Assembly (NCBI GenBank): GCA_041941795.1
Contig: CP145872.1
Location: 1 to 32,000 of the forward strand
DNA length: 32,000 bases
Origin: Candidatus Saccharimonadota bacterium
GTDB taxonomy: Bacteria; Pseudomonadota; Gammaproteobacteria; Enterobacterales; Enterobacteriaceae
Direction of reading: 5' to 3'
Under the pieces are notes generated by a model, which saw only the letters and a list, made by a program, of their open reading frames with translations, was not told the DNA's origin and ran no database searches. The translations under genes were made by a program, and so were the position numbers. This document shows positions 14,016-23,595 of this stretch, piece after piece (the stretch's first letter is position 1; each line of letters starts with the position of its first letter).

Positions 14016-14325
14016 GCTTCAGTCAATATGAAGGAAGGATAAACTTTATCAAGTGATCTATAAACACAATTTAAATGATTATTTATCCTCAACACCTGTA
14101 AAGATTACTGGGATTCGTGATTACCGCGCCCAAAAACATTTTTTATTTAATCTGCTCTCCTGACTTTAGATAGGTAGATAATAAATACTTTGACAGCCAA
14201 GATGATGGCTTTTAACAAGCACTTTCCCGCCAGATTTGGTTTTCTAAAATATGACACTTATATTTAAGTGTTCATGTTCAGATGAAATGGATAAGAACAA
14301 ACTTGAGGGATGAAGGAGAGAAATA

Positions 14326-15213
14326 ATGTTTACAGGAAGTATAGTGGCTCTTATTACTCCAATGGATAAGAAAGGCAATCTTTGTATAAAGAGTCTGAAA
14401 AAACTCATTGCCTTTCATATTAAGAGTGGAACCTCAGCAATTATTTCCGTTAGTACTACTGGTGAAGCTGCCACCCTGAGTACGACGGAACATATTAATG
14501 TAGTTATGCGTACTCTAGAAATAGCAAATAGTAAAATTCCAATAATAGCCGGCACGGGATCAAATGCTACTTCTGAAGGTATGGCTTTAACAAAACGGTT
14601 TGAAAATTCTGGAGTGGCAGGATGTTTGAGTGTGACTCCATATTATAATAAGCCTACGCAAGAAGGCTTATATCAACATTTTAAATGTATTGCACAATGT
14701 AGTAATCTACCGCAAATTTTGTACAATGTTCCGGCCCGCACAGGATGTGATCTTTTACCAGAGACCATTTCCAGGCTCTCTACTATTAAAAATATAATTG
14801 GCATAAAAGAGGCTACAGGAGATTTATCTCGTCTGCGCCAAATTCAAACTAGAGTACCAGATAATTTTATCTTTTTAAGTGGTGATGATGCAACTGCCTT
14901 AGATTTTATGCAGTTAGGAGGACACGGAGTAATTTCTGTAACTGCTAATATTGTTCCTAGAGATATGGTAAAACTCTGTAGCTTAGCTAAACAAGGAAAA
15001 TTTATCGACGCTAGAAACATCAATCAACAATTAATGCCTCTTCATCAACAATTATTTATTGAAACTAATCCTATCCCGGTTAAATGGGCTTTAAAAAAAT
15101 TAGAACTAATAACCACCGATACCGTGAGATTGCCCATGACATCCTTAACTGAAGATGGACGGGTAGCAGTGCAACAAGCTCTCCAAGAAGTGGGATTAAT
15201 TGCACCCTCTTAA
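14326..15213 (+). CDS. dapA: 4-hydroxy-tetrahydrodipicolinate synthase
   Basis: 295 aa. [30 protein letters not shown] and IGIKEATG (Schiff-base Lys region). GGAG Shine-Dalgarno 7 nt upstream. Confidence 0.94.
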   Translation: MFTGSIVALITPMDKKGNLCIKSLKKLIAFHIKSGTSAIISVSTTGEAATLSTTEHINVVMRTLEIANSKIPIIAGTGSNATSEGMALTKRFENSGVAGCLSVTPYYNKPTQEGLYQHFKCIAQCSNLPQILYNVPARTGCDLLPETISRLSTIKNIIGIKEATGDLSRLRQIQTRVPDNFIFLSGDDATALDFMQLGGHGVISVTANIVPRDMVKLCSLAKQGKFIDARNINQQLMPLHQQLFIETNPIPVKWALKKLELITTDTVRLPMTSLTEDGRVAVQQALQEVGLIAPS

Positions 15214-15330
15214 GACAAAATTTAGTTATACTAAGGGGAGATAATAATATAATATTACTTGATCCTCAAAAGAATGGAAAATATCAACATCAGCAGCTAG
15301 ATCCAGAAGACAAGGATTTTTTGTGTCCTA

Positions 15331-16419
15331 ATGTTAGAGGTTTATAATTTTAGTGCAGGACCTGCAATGATACCTAAAGAAGTTGTGGCCAAAGCAAAGG
15401 AAGATCTTGTGAATTGGAAAGGATTAGGTACTTCGATACTAGAAATTAGTCACAGAAGTAAAGAATTTTTACAAGTTGTAGAAGAAAGCGAACAAGATAT
15501 TCGTGATCTTATGGAAATTCCATTAGAATATAAAGTATTATTCTGCCATGGGGGAGCACGAGCCCAATTTTCTGCAGTGCCATTAAATTTGTTAAGTCAC
15601 CCTAATAATTATGCTGACTATATAGATAGTGGTTACTGGTCGTCTAGGGCAGCAAAGGAAGCAGAGAAGTACTGTAATCCTAATGTTATTGATGTCAAAA
15701 TCATAATTGATGGTAAACAATCAATTATCCCACTGTCAAAGTGGAATATTTCAGATAAGTCTTATTATGTCCACTATTGCCCTAATGAAACGATTAATGG
15801 AATAGCTATTCATGAAGAACCCCATCTTCAAGATAAAATTATGGTAGCTGATTGTTCGTCGGTTATACTATCTCGTCCTCTAGATATCAATAATTATGGA
15901 GTTCTTTATGCTAGTGCGCAAAAAAATATAGGACCGGCTGGTTTAGCCGTAATAATTATCCACGAAGATCTGTTAGACAATGCTCGTAGAGAAGTACCCT
16001 CAATCCTGAATTATAAACTTCAAGCAGAAAATCATTCTCTGTTTAATACCCCCCCTACTTTTTCTTGGTATATAACTGGTTTAGTATTGAAATGGTTAAA
16101 AGAACAAGGAGGGATCGAGATCATCTCCCAAAGAAATCAAGAAAAAGCGGATCTCTTATATAAAAATTTAGATACAAGTGATTTTTATATTAACGATGTT
16201 GCTGCAAAGTATCGGTCCGTGATGAACGTTACTTTTCAACTCTCGAATGCTAAATTAGAAAATCTTTTCTGCCAACAAGCAGATTTACTAGGATTACGAA
16301 TGCTAAAAGGTCATCCATCAGTGGGTGGAATACGGGCCTCTCTATATAATGCTATGCCCATAGCTGGGGTAAAAAAACTTATTGAGTATATGAAATATTT
16401 TGAATTAAAGTATGGGTAA
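15331..16419 (+). CDS. serC: phosphoserine aminotransferase
   Basis: 362 aa. [33 protein letters not shown] (PLP lysine) and NTPPTF. Confidence 0.94.
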   Translation: MLEVYNFSAGPAMIPKEVVAKAKEDLVNWKGLGTSILEISHRSKEFLQVVEESEQDIRDLMEIPLEYKVLFCHGGARAQFSAVPLNLLSHPNNYADYIDSGYWSSRAAKEAEKYCNPNVIDVKIIIDGKQSIIPLSKWNISDKSYYVHYCPNETINGIAIHEEPHLQDKIMVADCSSVILSRPLDINNYGVLYASAQKNIGPAGLAVIIIHEDLLDNARREVPSILNYKLQAENHSLFNTPPTFSWYITGLVLKWLKEQGGIEIISQRNQEKADLLYKNLDTSDFYINDVAAKYRSVMNVTFQLSNAKLENLFCQQADLLGLRMLKGHPSVGGIRASLYNAMPIAGVKKLIEYMKYFELKYG

Positions 16420-16478
16420 ATGGGTAAGCCAGGTAGTAGATGTTTTTAACTAAATTCTTTATTCTGGAGATGATCTTT

Positions 16479-17759
16479 ATGTGGGATGATTCCTTAACAT
16501 TACAACCTATTTCGTTGGTAAATGGTACTATAGACATTCCGGGTTCTAAGAGTATCTCCAATAGAGCACTTTTAATTGCGGCTCAGGCACACGGACTTAC
16601 TAGATTAACTAATCTACTTGATAGTGAAGACGTACGTCATATGCTGAAAGCATTGCATCACCTTGGAATATCTTTTACTTTATCTCAAAATAATACGGTT
16701 TGTGATATAGTAGGGTGTGCAGGACCAATACATGTAAAAGAAAAGATCGAATTGTTCTTAGGTAATGCTGGTACTGCTATGCGTCCTCTGACAGCAGCAC
16801 TAAGTTTAACTGCTAATGATATTATTTTAACAGGAGATGCACGCATGAAGGAACGTCCCTTAGGACCTTTAGTCCATGCCCTCCGTCAAGGAAAAGCGAT
16901 GATTGAGATAGAAAAAGATGTTCCTCCTGTTCATTTAAGAGGAGGGTTTAAGGGTGGAACAATTATCATTGATAGTAGTAAGTCAAGCCAGTTTTTAACT
17001 GCTTTGCTAATGGCCGCACCACTGGCTTCTAAAGATACTCGGATATTGATAACCGGAGAGTTAGTGTCTCGTCCATATATTGATATTACATTACGTTTAT
17101 TAGGTGATTTTAAAGTTATGATAGTCAATAATAACTATCGGGAATTTCTGATTAGGGGAAATCAACAATATCAATCTCCCGGCAGATATATAATAGAAGG
17201 AGACGCTTCTTCATCCTCATATTTCTTAGCAGCGGGTGCGGTTAAAGGGGGCAAAGTTACTGTAGTCGGAATTGGTCGTAATACCAGACAGGGTGATATT
17301 GCTTTTGCAAATATTATCCAACAAATGGGAGCCAAAATTGAATGGCGTGATAATAAAATTATTTGTCAACGGGGAAATCTAAAGTCAATTAATATGGATA
17401 TGAACGACATGCCAGACGCAGCTATGACCCTGGCCACAATGGCTCTTTTTGCTCGAGGTACTACTACATTAAGTAATATTTACAATTGGCGTATTAAAGA
17501 GACCGATCGTTTGACTGCTATGGCAACCGAATTGCGAAAAGTAGGAGCACAGGTAATAGAAGGAAGAGATTACATATCTATTACGCCTCCAGAAAAAATT
17601 ACTTATGCCGAAATTGACACCTATAACGATCATCGGATAGCGATGTGTTTTTCATTAGTGGCCCTTTCATCATCCCCAGTAACGATACGGAATCCTAACT
17701 GTGTTAGAAAAACTTTTCCTAGTTATTTTAGCAAACTCGCTGAGATTAGTACTGTTTAA
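16479..17759 (+). CDS. aroA: 3-phosphoshikimate 1-carboxyvinyltransferase (EPSP synthase)
   Basis: [30 protein letters not shown] and NDHRIAM. The ATG at 16479 (GGAG 9 nt upstream) gives [10 protein letters not shown], aligning to E. coli MESLTLQP. The 13-codon extension in the ORF track (16440) has no homology support. Confidence 0.93.
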   Translation: MWDDSLTLQPISLVNGTIDIPGSKSISNRALLIAAQAHGLTRLTNLLDSEDVRHMLKALHHLGISFTLSQNNTVCDIVGCAGPIHVKEKIELFLGNAGTAMRPLTAALSLTANDIILTGDARMKERPLGPLVHALRQGKAMIEIEKDVPPVHLRGGFKGGTIIIDSSKSSQFLTALLMAAPLASKDTRILITGELVSRPYIDITLRLLGDFKVMIVNNNYREFLIRGNQQYQSPGRYIIEGDASSSSYFLAAGAVKGGKVTVVGIGRNTRQGDIAFANIIQQMGAKIEWRDNKIICQRGNLKSINMDMNDMPDAAMTLATMALFARGTTTLSNIYNWRIKETDRLTAMATELRKVGAQVIEGRDYISITPPEKITYAEIDTYNDHRIAMCFSLVALSSSPVTIRNPNCVRKTFPSYFSKLAEISTV

Positions 17760-17776
17760 ATAAAAGGATTGCAAAT

Positions 17777-18466
17777 ATTAGTAGAATAATACCGGTAATT
17801 ACAATTGACGGACCTGCAGGCGCAGGTAAAAGTGTGCTTTGTTGTTCTCTAGCTCAAAGACTGCATTGGAATTCATTAGATTCTGGTGCTATTTATCGAG
17901 TTTTTGCTTGGTCCGTAATAACTAATAAAATATCTATCAGAAATGAAAAAGAATTATTATCCATGGCAAAAAATGGGTCTGTTTCTTTTTTCCTCAAAGG
18001 CAATGGAAACTATGAAATTTTTTTAGAGAAAAAAAATATTACGAATATCATTCGGATGGAAAAGATAGGAAAACTAGCTTCACATTTAGCGAAAGTTCCT
18101 TCCGTTAGAAAAGTACTAACAGATCGATTGCGTTCCTATAGGAAAAAACCAGGATTAATTGCAGAAGGACGAGATATGGGGACGGTAGTATTTCCTGATG
18201 CAATGGTAAAATTTTTTTTAGATGCTAGTGTAGAAGAACGTTCTCGTCGACGGGTGTTACAGTTGCATAACAAAGGCTTTAGTGTTAAATTCAATAAAGT
18301 ATTAAATGAAATTAAACTTCGTGATGAACGGGACCGTAGTAGGCTAATCTCACCATTAATACCAGCGGCTGATGCGATTATCCTAGATTCTACTGGTATG
18401 AATCTGGGTGAAGTGATAAAAAAAGCTTATACATATTTACCTGTTTCTCAATTTTCAATTGATTGA
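17777..18466 (+). CDS. cmk: cytidylate kinase, probably initiating at a non-canonical ATT codon
   Basis: The ORF track starts at GTG 17834. The same frame stays open back to 17750 and encodes ISRIIPVITIDGPAGAGKS, which is the P-loop. This aligns residue for residue with E. coli Cmk MTAIAPVITIDGPSGAGKG. No ATG, GTG or TTG lies in that stretch. ATT 17777 sits at the position of E. coli Met1, with AAGGA 8 nt upstream. Confidence 0.8.
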   Translation: MSRIIPVITIDGPAGAGKSVLCCSLAQRLHWNSLDSGAIYRVFAWSVITNKISIRNEKELLSMAKNGSVSFFLKGNGNYEIFLEKKNITNIIRMEKIGKLASHLAKVPSVRKVLTDRLRSYRKKPGLIAEGRDMGTVVFPDAMVKFFLDASVEERSRRRVLQLHNKGFSVKFNKVLNEIKLRDERDRSRLISPLIPAADAIILDSTGMNLGEVIKKAYTYLPVSQFSID

Positions 18467-18605
18467 GCCAGAAGTGTTAAATTTAATAATTAATCAAATA
18501 TGAGGTATTCCTTTTTATATATAAAGGAATGTTACATAATAGGTAAACCATTCCAACTCATGAATAGAGATGGAGCCATTCAAAGAATAATAAAGATATT
18601 TCAAT

Positions 18606-20252
18606 ATGACTGAATCTTTTGCTAAATTTTTCGAAGAATCCCTAAAAGAAATACCACAACGACCAGGGTCTATTGTAAGTGGTATTATTATTGCTATTGA
18701 TAAAGATATAGTATTAGTAGATGCGGGGTTAAAATCCGAGTCAGCAATTCCTATTGAACAATTTAAAAATGATCATGGAGAATTAGAAATCAAACCAGGT
18801 GAAAGAATAGATGTTGCTTTGGAAGCAATAGAAAATGGTTGTGGAGAAACTGTTCTTTCACGCGAAAAAGCTAAACGATATGAAGCTTGGTTACGTTTAG
18901 AAAAGGCTCATGAAGAATCGGCTACTATTACGGGTATTATTAATGGTAAAGTTAAAGGAGGTTTTACAGTTGAGATAAATGGAGTGAGAGCATTTTTACC
19001 AGGATCACTAGTAGATGTGCGTCCACTGCGAGATTCTCAACCTTTAGAAGGTAAGGAATTAGAATTTAAAGTTATCAAATTAGATTTAAAACGTAATAAT
19101 GTAGTGGTATCCCGTCGGGCCGTTATCGAATTAGAAAATACTGCTGAACGACAACAATTACTCTCTAATTTACAAGAAGGTAGCATCGTCAAAGGAATAA
19201 TTAAAAATCTTACGGATTATGGAGCTTTTGTAGATTTAGGAGGAATTGACGGATTATTACATATTACTGACATGGCGTGGAAAAGAGTTAAACATCCTAG
19301 TGAAATTGTGAATGTGGGAAATGAAATTACCGTAAAGGTGTTAAAATTTGATCGCGAACGCATCCGAGTCTCTTTAGGTTTAAAACAACTAGGAGAAGAT
19401 CCTTGGATTGATCTATCACAACGTTATCTGGAAGGTACTCGTAGGTATTATGGACGAGTTACTAATCTTACGGATTATGGAGCTTTTGTGGAGCTTGAAG
19501 AAGGAGTAGAAGGATTAGTGCACGTCTCAGAAATGGATTGGACTAATAAGAATATTAATCCGTCTAAAATCATGCATGTGGGTGATATGATCGAAGTAAT
19601 GGTATTAGATATTGATCAATCAAGACGTCGCATTTCCTTAGGATTAAAACAATGCAAAACTAATCCGTGGAAAAAATTTGCAGATACTTATCATAAGGGT
19701 GATAAGGTTAAAGGTAAGATTAAATCCATTACAGATTTTGGAATGTTTATTGGTCTAGAAGGCAATATTGACGGACTAGTGCATCTTTCAGATATTTCTT
19801 GGCATCTTAAAGGAGAAGAAGTCGTTAGGCAATATAATAAAGGTGAGGAAATTACCGCCGTAGTACTACAAGTAGATGCCGAAAGGGAGCGTATATCTCT
19901 TAGTATCAAACAGTTAAGTGAAGATCCCTTAAATCACTTTCTATCTCTAAATAAAAGAGGGGCTCTAGTAACAGGTAAAATCATATCTCTAGATCCAAAA
20001 GGAGCTAAAATTCAATTATGTGAAGGAGTAGAAGGATATCTTCGCTTTCCTGAAGAAACACTACATTTAAATTTCAATATAGAAGACGTAGTTGAGGCTA
20101 AGTTATCTGGCGTAGATCGTAAGAATAGAATAATTCTCCTGTCTAGTCCCCAAATAGAAGATAAAGATAAACCCATATCTCCGGATGACAACAGTCATTT
20201 TTCTAATGCTATGGCAGAAGCATTTAAAGCAGCAAAAGGAGAAGAAAAGTAA
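18606..20252 (+). CDS. rpsA: 30S ribosomal protein S1
   Basis: 548 aa. [16 protein letters not shown], repeated S1 domains (several [16 protein letters not shown] and GL(V/L)H motifs). C-terminal [13 protein letters not shown] as in E. coli. Confidence 0.96.
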   Translation: MTESFAKFFEESLKEIPQRPGSIVSGIIIAIDKDIVLVDAGLKSESAIPIEQFKNDHGELEIKPGERIDVALEAIENGCGETVLSREKAKRYEAWLRLEKAHEESATITGIINGKVKGGFTVEINGVRAFLPGSLVDVRPLRDSQPLEGKELEFKVIKLDLKRNNVVVSRRAVIELENTAERQQLLSNLQEGSIVKGIIKNLTDYGAFVDLGGIDGLLHITDMAWKRVKHPSEIVNVGNEITVKVLKFDRERIRVSLGLKQLGEDPWIDLSQRYLEGTRRYYGRVTNLTDYGAFVELEEGVEGLVHVSEMDWTNKNINPSKIMHVGDMIEVMVLDIDQSRRRISLGLKQCKTNPWKKFADTYHKGDKVKGKIKSITDFGMFIGLEGNIDGLVHLSDISWHLKGEEVVRQYNKGEEITAVVLQVDAERERISLSIKQLSEDPLNHFLSLNKRGALVTGKIISLDPKGAKIQLCEGVEGYLRFPEETLHLNFNIEDVVEAKLSGVDRKNRIILLSSPQIEDKDKPISPDDNSHFSNAMAEAFKAAKGEEK

Positions 20253-20459
20253 AGTTGAAATGTTCTCGGATGCGAGGAGCAAGTGATATTTGAGATGCTC
20301 GCGACATAAATATGAAAATACCGCTAAAATAATCTGCCCGGATAATTTTAATTCGATCAGAAGTAGTACTGCCCCCTACATTTAGAGAGGAAAATAAACT
20401 ACTTCTAGTTGCTTGCTAATCACAAGCATAACAACAAGAGTAATTTTTGAGAGCAGTAA

Positions 20460-20725
20460 TAAAATATCTGCATTATTAATGCAGGATCAATAATTATGGC
20501 CGGGGTTATGCAATCTTTCTCTAAAAGAGGAGAATATTATTCTATTTTATTTCGGAAATAAATATTTCCTACGTAGCAATTAGCTAATTGCTAAATTTAG
20601 AGAACCGCTGACTGCAAATGCGGGGGGTACTCGGGCAAAGAAAATTGGATGATCAGCGGCCGGGTCAAAATTGAATGGGCAATCCTGCATATTATTCTAA
20701 TCGTAATGTTATTATTTTGATCTTA
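20460..20725 (+). pseudogene. ihfB: possible eroded ihfB (integration host factor beta) relic
   Basis: This is the position where E. coli has ihfB (cmk-rpsA-ihfB). No ORF of 60 aa or more is present. Three collinear frame-broken patches resemble IhfB. They are IMAGVMQSFSKRGE vs EMLEHMASTLAQGE (20493-20534), ENIILFYFGN vs ERIEIRGFGS (20530-20559) and LNGQSCILF vs LEGKYVPHF (20671-20697). Spacing between patches needs indels. The similarity is weak and was chosen by eye, so boundaries are approximate. Confidence 0.35.
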
Positions 20726-20787
20726 TTGTCACTATCAGATAGTGGGTTAACTTCTCTGGAATTCAAGTCAAATGTAAATTATATTAG

Positions 20788-20863
20788 TGGTGGGTCGTGC
20801 AGGATTTGAACCTGCGACCAATTGATTAAAAGTCAACTGCTCTACCAACTGAGCTAACGACCC
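20788..20863 (-). tRNA. lysV: tRNA-Lys (anticodon UUU), CCA encoded
   Basis: The reverse complement GGGTCGTTAGCTCAGTTGGTAGAGCAGTTGACTTTTAATCAATTGGTCGCAGGTTCGAATCCTGCACGACCCACCA matches E. coli tRNA-Lys as recalled. Cloverleaf and anticodon loop CT-TTT-AA verified. Confidence 0.97.
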
Positions 20864-20888
20864 CCTACCATCACAAAGAATATTATTA

Positions 20889-20961
20889 TGGGTGATGACG
20901 GATTCGAACCGCCGACCCCCTCCTTGTAAGGGAGGTGCTCTACCAACTGAGCTAATCACCC
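20889..20961 (-). tRNA. valU: tRNA-Val (anticodon UAC), no encoded CCA
   Basis: The reverse complement is GGGTGATTAGCTCAGTTGGTAGAGCACCTCCCTTACAAGGAGGGGGTCGGCGGTTCGAATCCGTCATCACCCA. The anticodon arm CCTCC-CTTACAA-GGAGG gives UAC. The discriminator A is followed by TAA, not CCA. Val then Lys divergent from gltX is the E. coli valU...lysV/gltX arrangement. Confidence 0.96.
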
Positions 20962-21084
20962 TTCATCCTATATTAAGCTTAATTATAGGGATAGTTCAAA
21001 ACGAGTCAACGATTTTAGAGTAATTAAATTAAATATTTTTTTATGATCGTATTATAAGAATAAAAATAGAGAGATTAGGTTTGA

Positions 21085-22509
21085 ATGAAAATAAAAACTC
21101 GCTTTGCACCCAGTCCTACTGGGGAACTACATCTTGGGGGAGTTCGCACCGCTCTTTATTCCTGGTTATTTGCTCGTAAACACGGCGGTGATTTTTTATT
21201 ACGCATCGAGGATACTGATTATTTTCGTTCGACGCAGAAATATCGTGATGCAATAATAGAGGGCTTAACATGGCTTAAGATTGATTGGAATGACGGTCCT
21301 TATTACCAGTCAGATCGGGGAGATCGATATAATGCAGTCATACATGATATGTTAGAAAAAGGAGACGCCTATAAATGTTATTGCACTAAAAAACGTTTAG
21401 AAAACATGCGAAACCTACAGATCTCAATGGGTACCACCCCTCGTTATGATGGTCACTGTCGTAATATCGACGATTTTCACCATCATACTATTCAACCTTA
21501 TGTAGTTAGATTTAAAAATCCTCAGCAAGGAACAAGTTCTTTTCAAGATCTCATCCGGGGTAATATTATAGTAAAAAATCAAGAATTAGATGATCTAGTT
21601 ATTCGGAGATCCGACGGGACACCAACCTATAATTTTTGTGTTGCTATAGATGATTGGGATATGAAGATTACCCATGTGATTCGAGGCGACGATCATATAA
21701 CTAATACCTTCCGGCAAATTAATATATTAAAATCCTTGGACGCTTTTATCCCTGCTTATGCTCATGTTTCCATGATTCTAGACGAAAGTAGCCAAAAAAT
21801 ATCGAAGCGTAATAATGGATCGCTAAGTATTATGCATTATCGGAATGAAGGTTATTTACCAGAGGCAATCATTAATTATTTAGTGAGATTAGGATGGGCG
21901 TCGGGCAATAGAGAAATATTAAGTATTGAAGAAATGAAAGTATTATTTACTTTAGATGGAGTGAGTAAATCTGCGAGTACATTAAATCCTAAAAAGCTTC
22001 TGTGGCTTAATCACCACTATATTAATAAATTACCAGTGACCTATGTAGCATCACAACTTCAATGGCAGATGAAAAAAGAAAATATTAACCCTCATAATGG
22101 ACCTTCCTTAACTAGGATAGTAGAACTATATGGATTACGATGTAAAACTCTAAAAGAGATAGTAGGATCTAGTAGATACTTATATGAGCCAATAACTCTT
22201 AAGGAGAATAAGTTCGCTAAGCAATATCTGACTTCTAGCAGTAAAAAACCGCTGGAAAGAATGCACGCTAAGTTAAATAAAAGTTACAGCTCGCAGCATG
22301 ACTGGCAGATAACCACTATACATAATTATATCACATCTACGGCAGACGAACTAGGTATCAGTGTAGGTCAAGTGTCAATGCCATTACGTGTAGCGATAAC
22401 TGGGACTAATACATCTCCCTCTATTGCTGCAATAGTACATGCTCTTGGTAAAGAGGACATTATCCGGCGAATAAATAACGCCTTGAATTTTATTCAGGTA
22501 GAAGAGTGA
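21085..22509 (+). CDS. gltX: glutamate--tRNA ligase
   Basis: 474 aa. MKIKTRFAPSPTGELHLGG (HIGH), THVIRGDDHITNT and KISKR (KMSKS). Collinear with E. coli GltX. Confidence 0.95.
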   Translation: MKIKTRFAPSPTGELHLGGVRTALYSWLFARKHGGDFLLRIEDTDYFRSTQKYRDAIIEGLTWLKIDWNDGPYYQSDRGDRYNAVIHDMLEKGDAYKCYCTKKRLENMRNLQISMGTTPRYDGHCRNIDDFHHHTIQPYVVRFKNPQQGTSSFQDLIRGNIIVKNQELDDLVIRRSDGTPTYNFCVAIDDWDMKITHVIRGDDHITNTFRQINILKSLDAFIPAYAHVSMILDESSQKISKRNNGSLSIMHYRNEGYLPEAIINYLVRLGWASGNREILSIEEMKVLFTLDGVSKSASTLNPKKLLWLNHHYINKLPVTYVASQLQWQMKKENINPHNGPSLTRIVELYGLRCKTLKEIVGSSRYLYEPITLKENKFAKQYLTSSSKKPLERMHAKLNKSYSSQHDWQITTIHNYITSTADELGISVGQVSMPLRVAITGTNTSPSIAAIVHALGKEDIIRRINNALNFIQVEE

Positions 22510-22534
22510 TAATCTTCTTAATTATTATGAGAAT

Positions 22535-22607
22535 GGGGCTATAGCTCAGTTGGTAGAGCAATTGCATGGCATGCAATAGGGCAGCGGTTCAAATCCGCTT
22601 AGCTCCA
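22535..22607 (+). tRNA. alaX: tRNA-Ala (anticodon GGC), no encoded CCA
   Basis: GGGGCTATAGCTCAGTTGGTAGAGCAATTGCATGGCATGCAATAGGGCAGCGGTTCAAATCCGCTTAGCTCCA. The anticodon stem ATTGC/GCAAT with loop AT-GGC-AT, and a G3:U70-compatible acceptor. It resembles E. coli alaW/alaX. The discriminator A is followed by CAT. Confidence 0.95.
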
Positions 22608-22671
22608 CATCCTAAATTAAATTTAGTTCTGCTCACTCAACGAATATTTTAAATTTTTTCCACAGAAGAAG

Positions 22672-22744
22672 TGTTCCCTGTAGGAATTGAACCTACAACT
22701 AGCCCTTAGGAGGGGCTGGTTATATCCATTTTAACTAAGGGAAC
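22672..22744 (-). tRNA. argW: tRNA-Arg (anticodon CCU), no encoded CCA
   Basis: The reverse complement is GTTCCCTTAGTTAAAATGGATATAACCAGCCCCTCCTAAGGGCTAGTTGTAGGTTCAATTCCTACAGGGAACA. Acceptor 7 bp, anticodon arm AGCCC-CTCCTAA-GGGCT gives CCU, T arm GTAGG-TTCAATT-CCTAC. It resembles E. coli argW. Confidence 0.94.
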
Positions 22745-22845
22745 AAATCAAACTACTTACTATAACTTATCTTGCGTTTATGCAGTTTTTTATATCTTAT
22801 TAAGCAGGTTACGACCTACGGCCAAGGACGGCAGGAACAAATAAC

Positions 22846-23595
22846 ATGAAAGCTATCATTGTGGAAGACGATATTTATGATCAGAAGTCACTAATCTGGA
22901 TCTTCAGTCAGTTCAGAAGAATAATTTGTATAAAAGGTATATTTAATGATGGACTGGAGTTCTTCAAATACCTTCAACATCATCAAGTGGATGTTATCTT
23001 TCTCGATATACACGTTCCTACTGTAGATGGACTTATTTTAGCTCAGACTATAAATCAATTGGACACTAAACCCTTGATAGTTTTTATTACTGCTTATAAA
23101 GAACATGCCGTACATGCTTTTGAGTTAGAAGCGTTTGATTATATACTTAAACCTTTGCAAAAGTCACGAATTATAAAAATGTTGCGAGATCTAGAAGACA
23201 ATAATTATCAGTCGTTCTCCAAAGAGAGCCAATATTTTTATAATAATTATAAAATTGCTAATTTTCATACTCTTAACTTAGTTAAGAATAAACGATTTAT
23301 CGTAACTAATATTAGTGATATCTGCTATGCAGAGGCTCACAAAAAAATGACCTTTGTTTATACCTTTTCAGGTGAAGAGTATGTCATGCCTGTAAGTATT
23401 TCCCAATTTTGCGAACAACTGCCTTCTGCCTCTTTTTTTCGTTGTCATCGATCTTACTGTGTGAATATCAATCATATCCGCGAAATTGAACCGTGGTTTA
23501 ATCAGACTTATCTACTGAAACTACGGCATCAAAAATTACGAGTTCCAGTTAGCCGGAGTAAGATAAAAATTTTTCGGCAAATAATGCACATTTAA
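22846..23595 (+). CDS. ypdB: LytTR-family response regulator (YpdB/BtsR type), with no cognate histidine kinase nearby
   Basis: 249 aa. The receiver domain has IIVEDD, VDVIFLDIHVP (phospho-acceptor Asp) and FDYILKP. The C-terminal LytTR domain has FFRCHRSYCVNINHIREIEPWFNQTYLLKL and VPVSRSK. From memory it is much closer to E. coli YpdB (...FFRCHRSFCVNLNKIREIEPWFNNTYILRL...) than to BtsR/YehT. This needs BLAST confirmation. Confidence 0.85.
   Translation: MKAIIVEDDIYDQKSLIWIFSQFRRIICIKGIFNDGLEFFKYLQHHQVDVIFLDIHVPTVDGLILAQTINQLDTKPLIVFITAYKEHAVHAFELEAFDYILKPLQKSRIIKMLRDLEDNNYQSFSKESQYFYNNYKIANFHTLNLVKNKRFIVTNISDICYAEAHKKMTFVYTFSGEEYVMPVSISQFCEQLPSASFFRCHRSYCVNINHIREIEPWFNQTYLLKLRHQKLRVPVSRSKIKIFRQIMHI

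Noticed and set aside
20768-20959. 63-aa ORF on the minus strand
   Set aside because: It is the read-through translation of tRNA-Val and tRNA-Lys. The LAQLVEQLTFNQLVAGSNPA-type strings are the classic tRNA T-arm and acceptor translation artefact.
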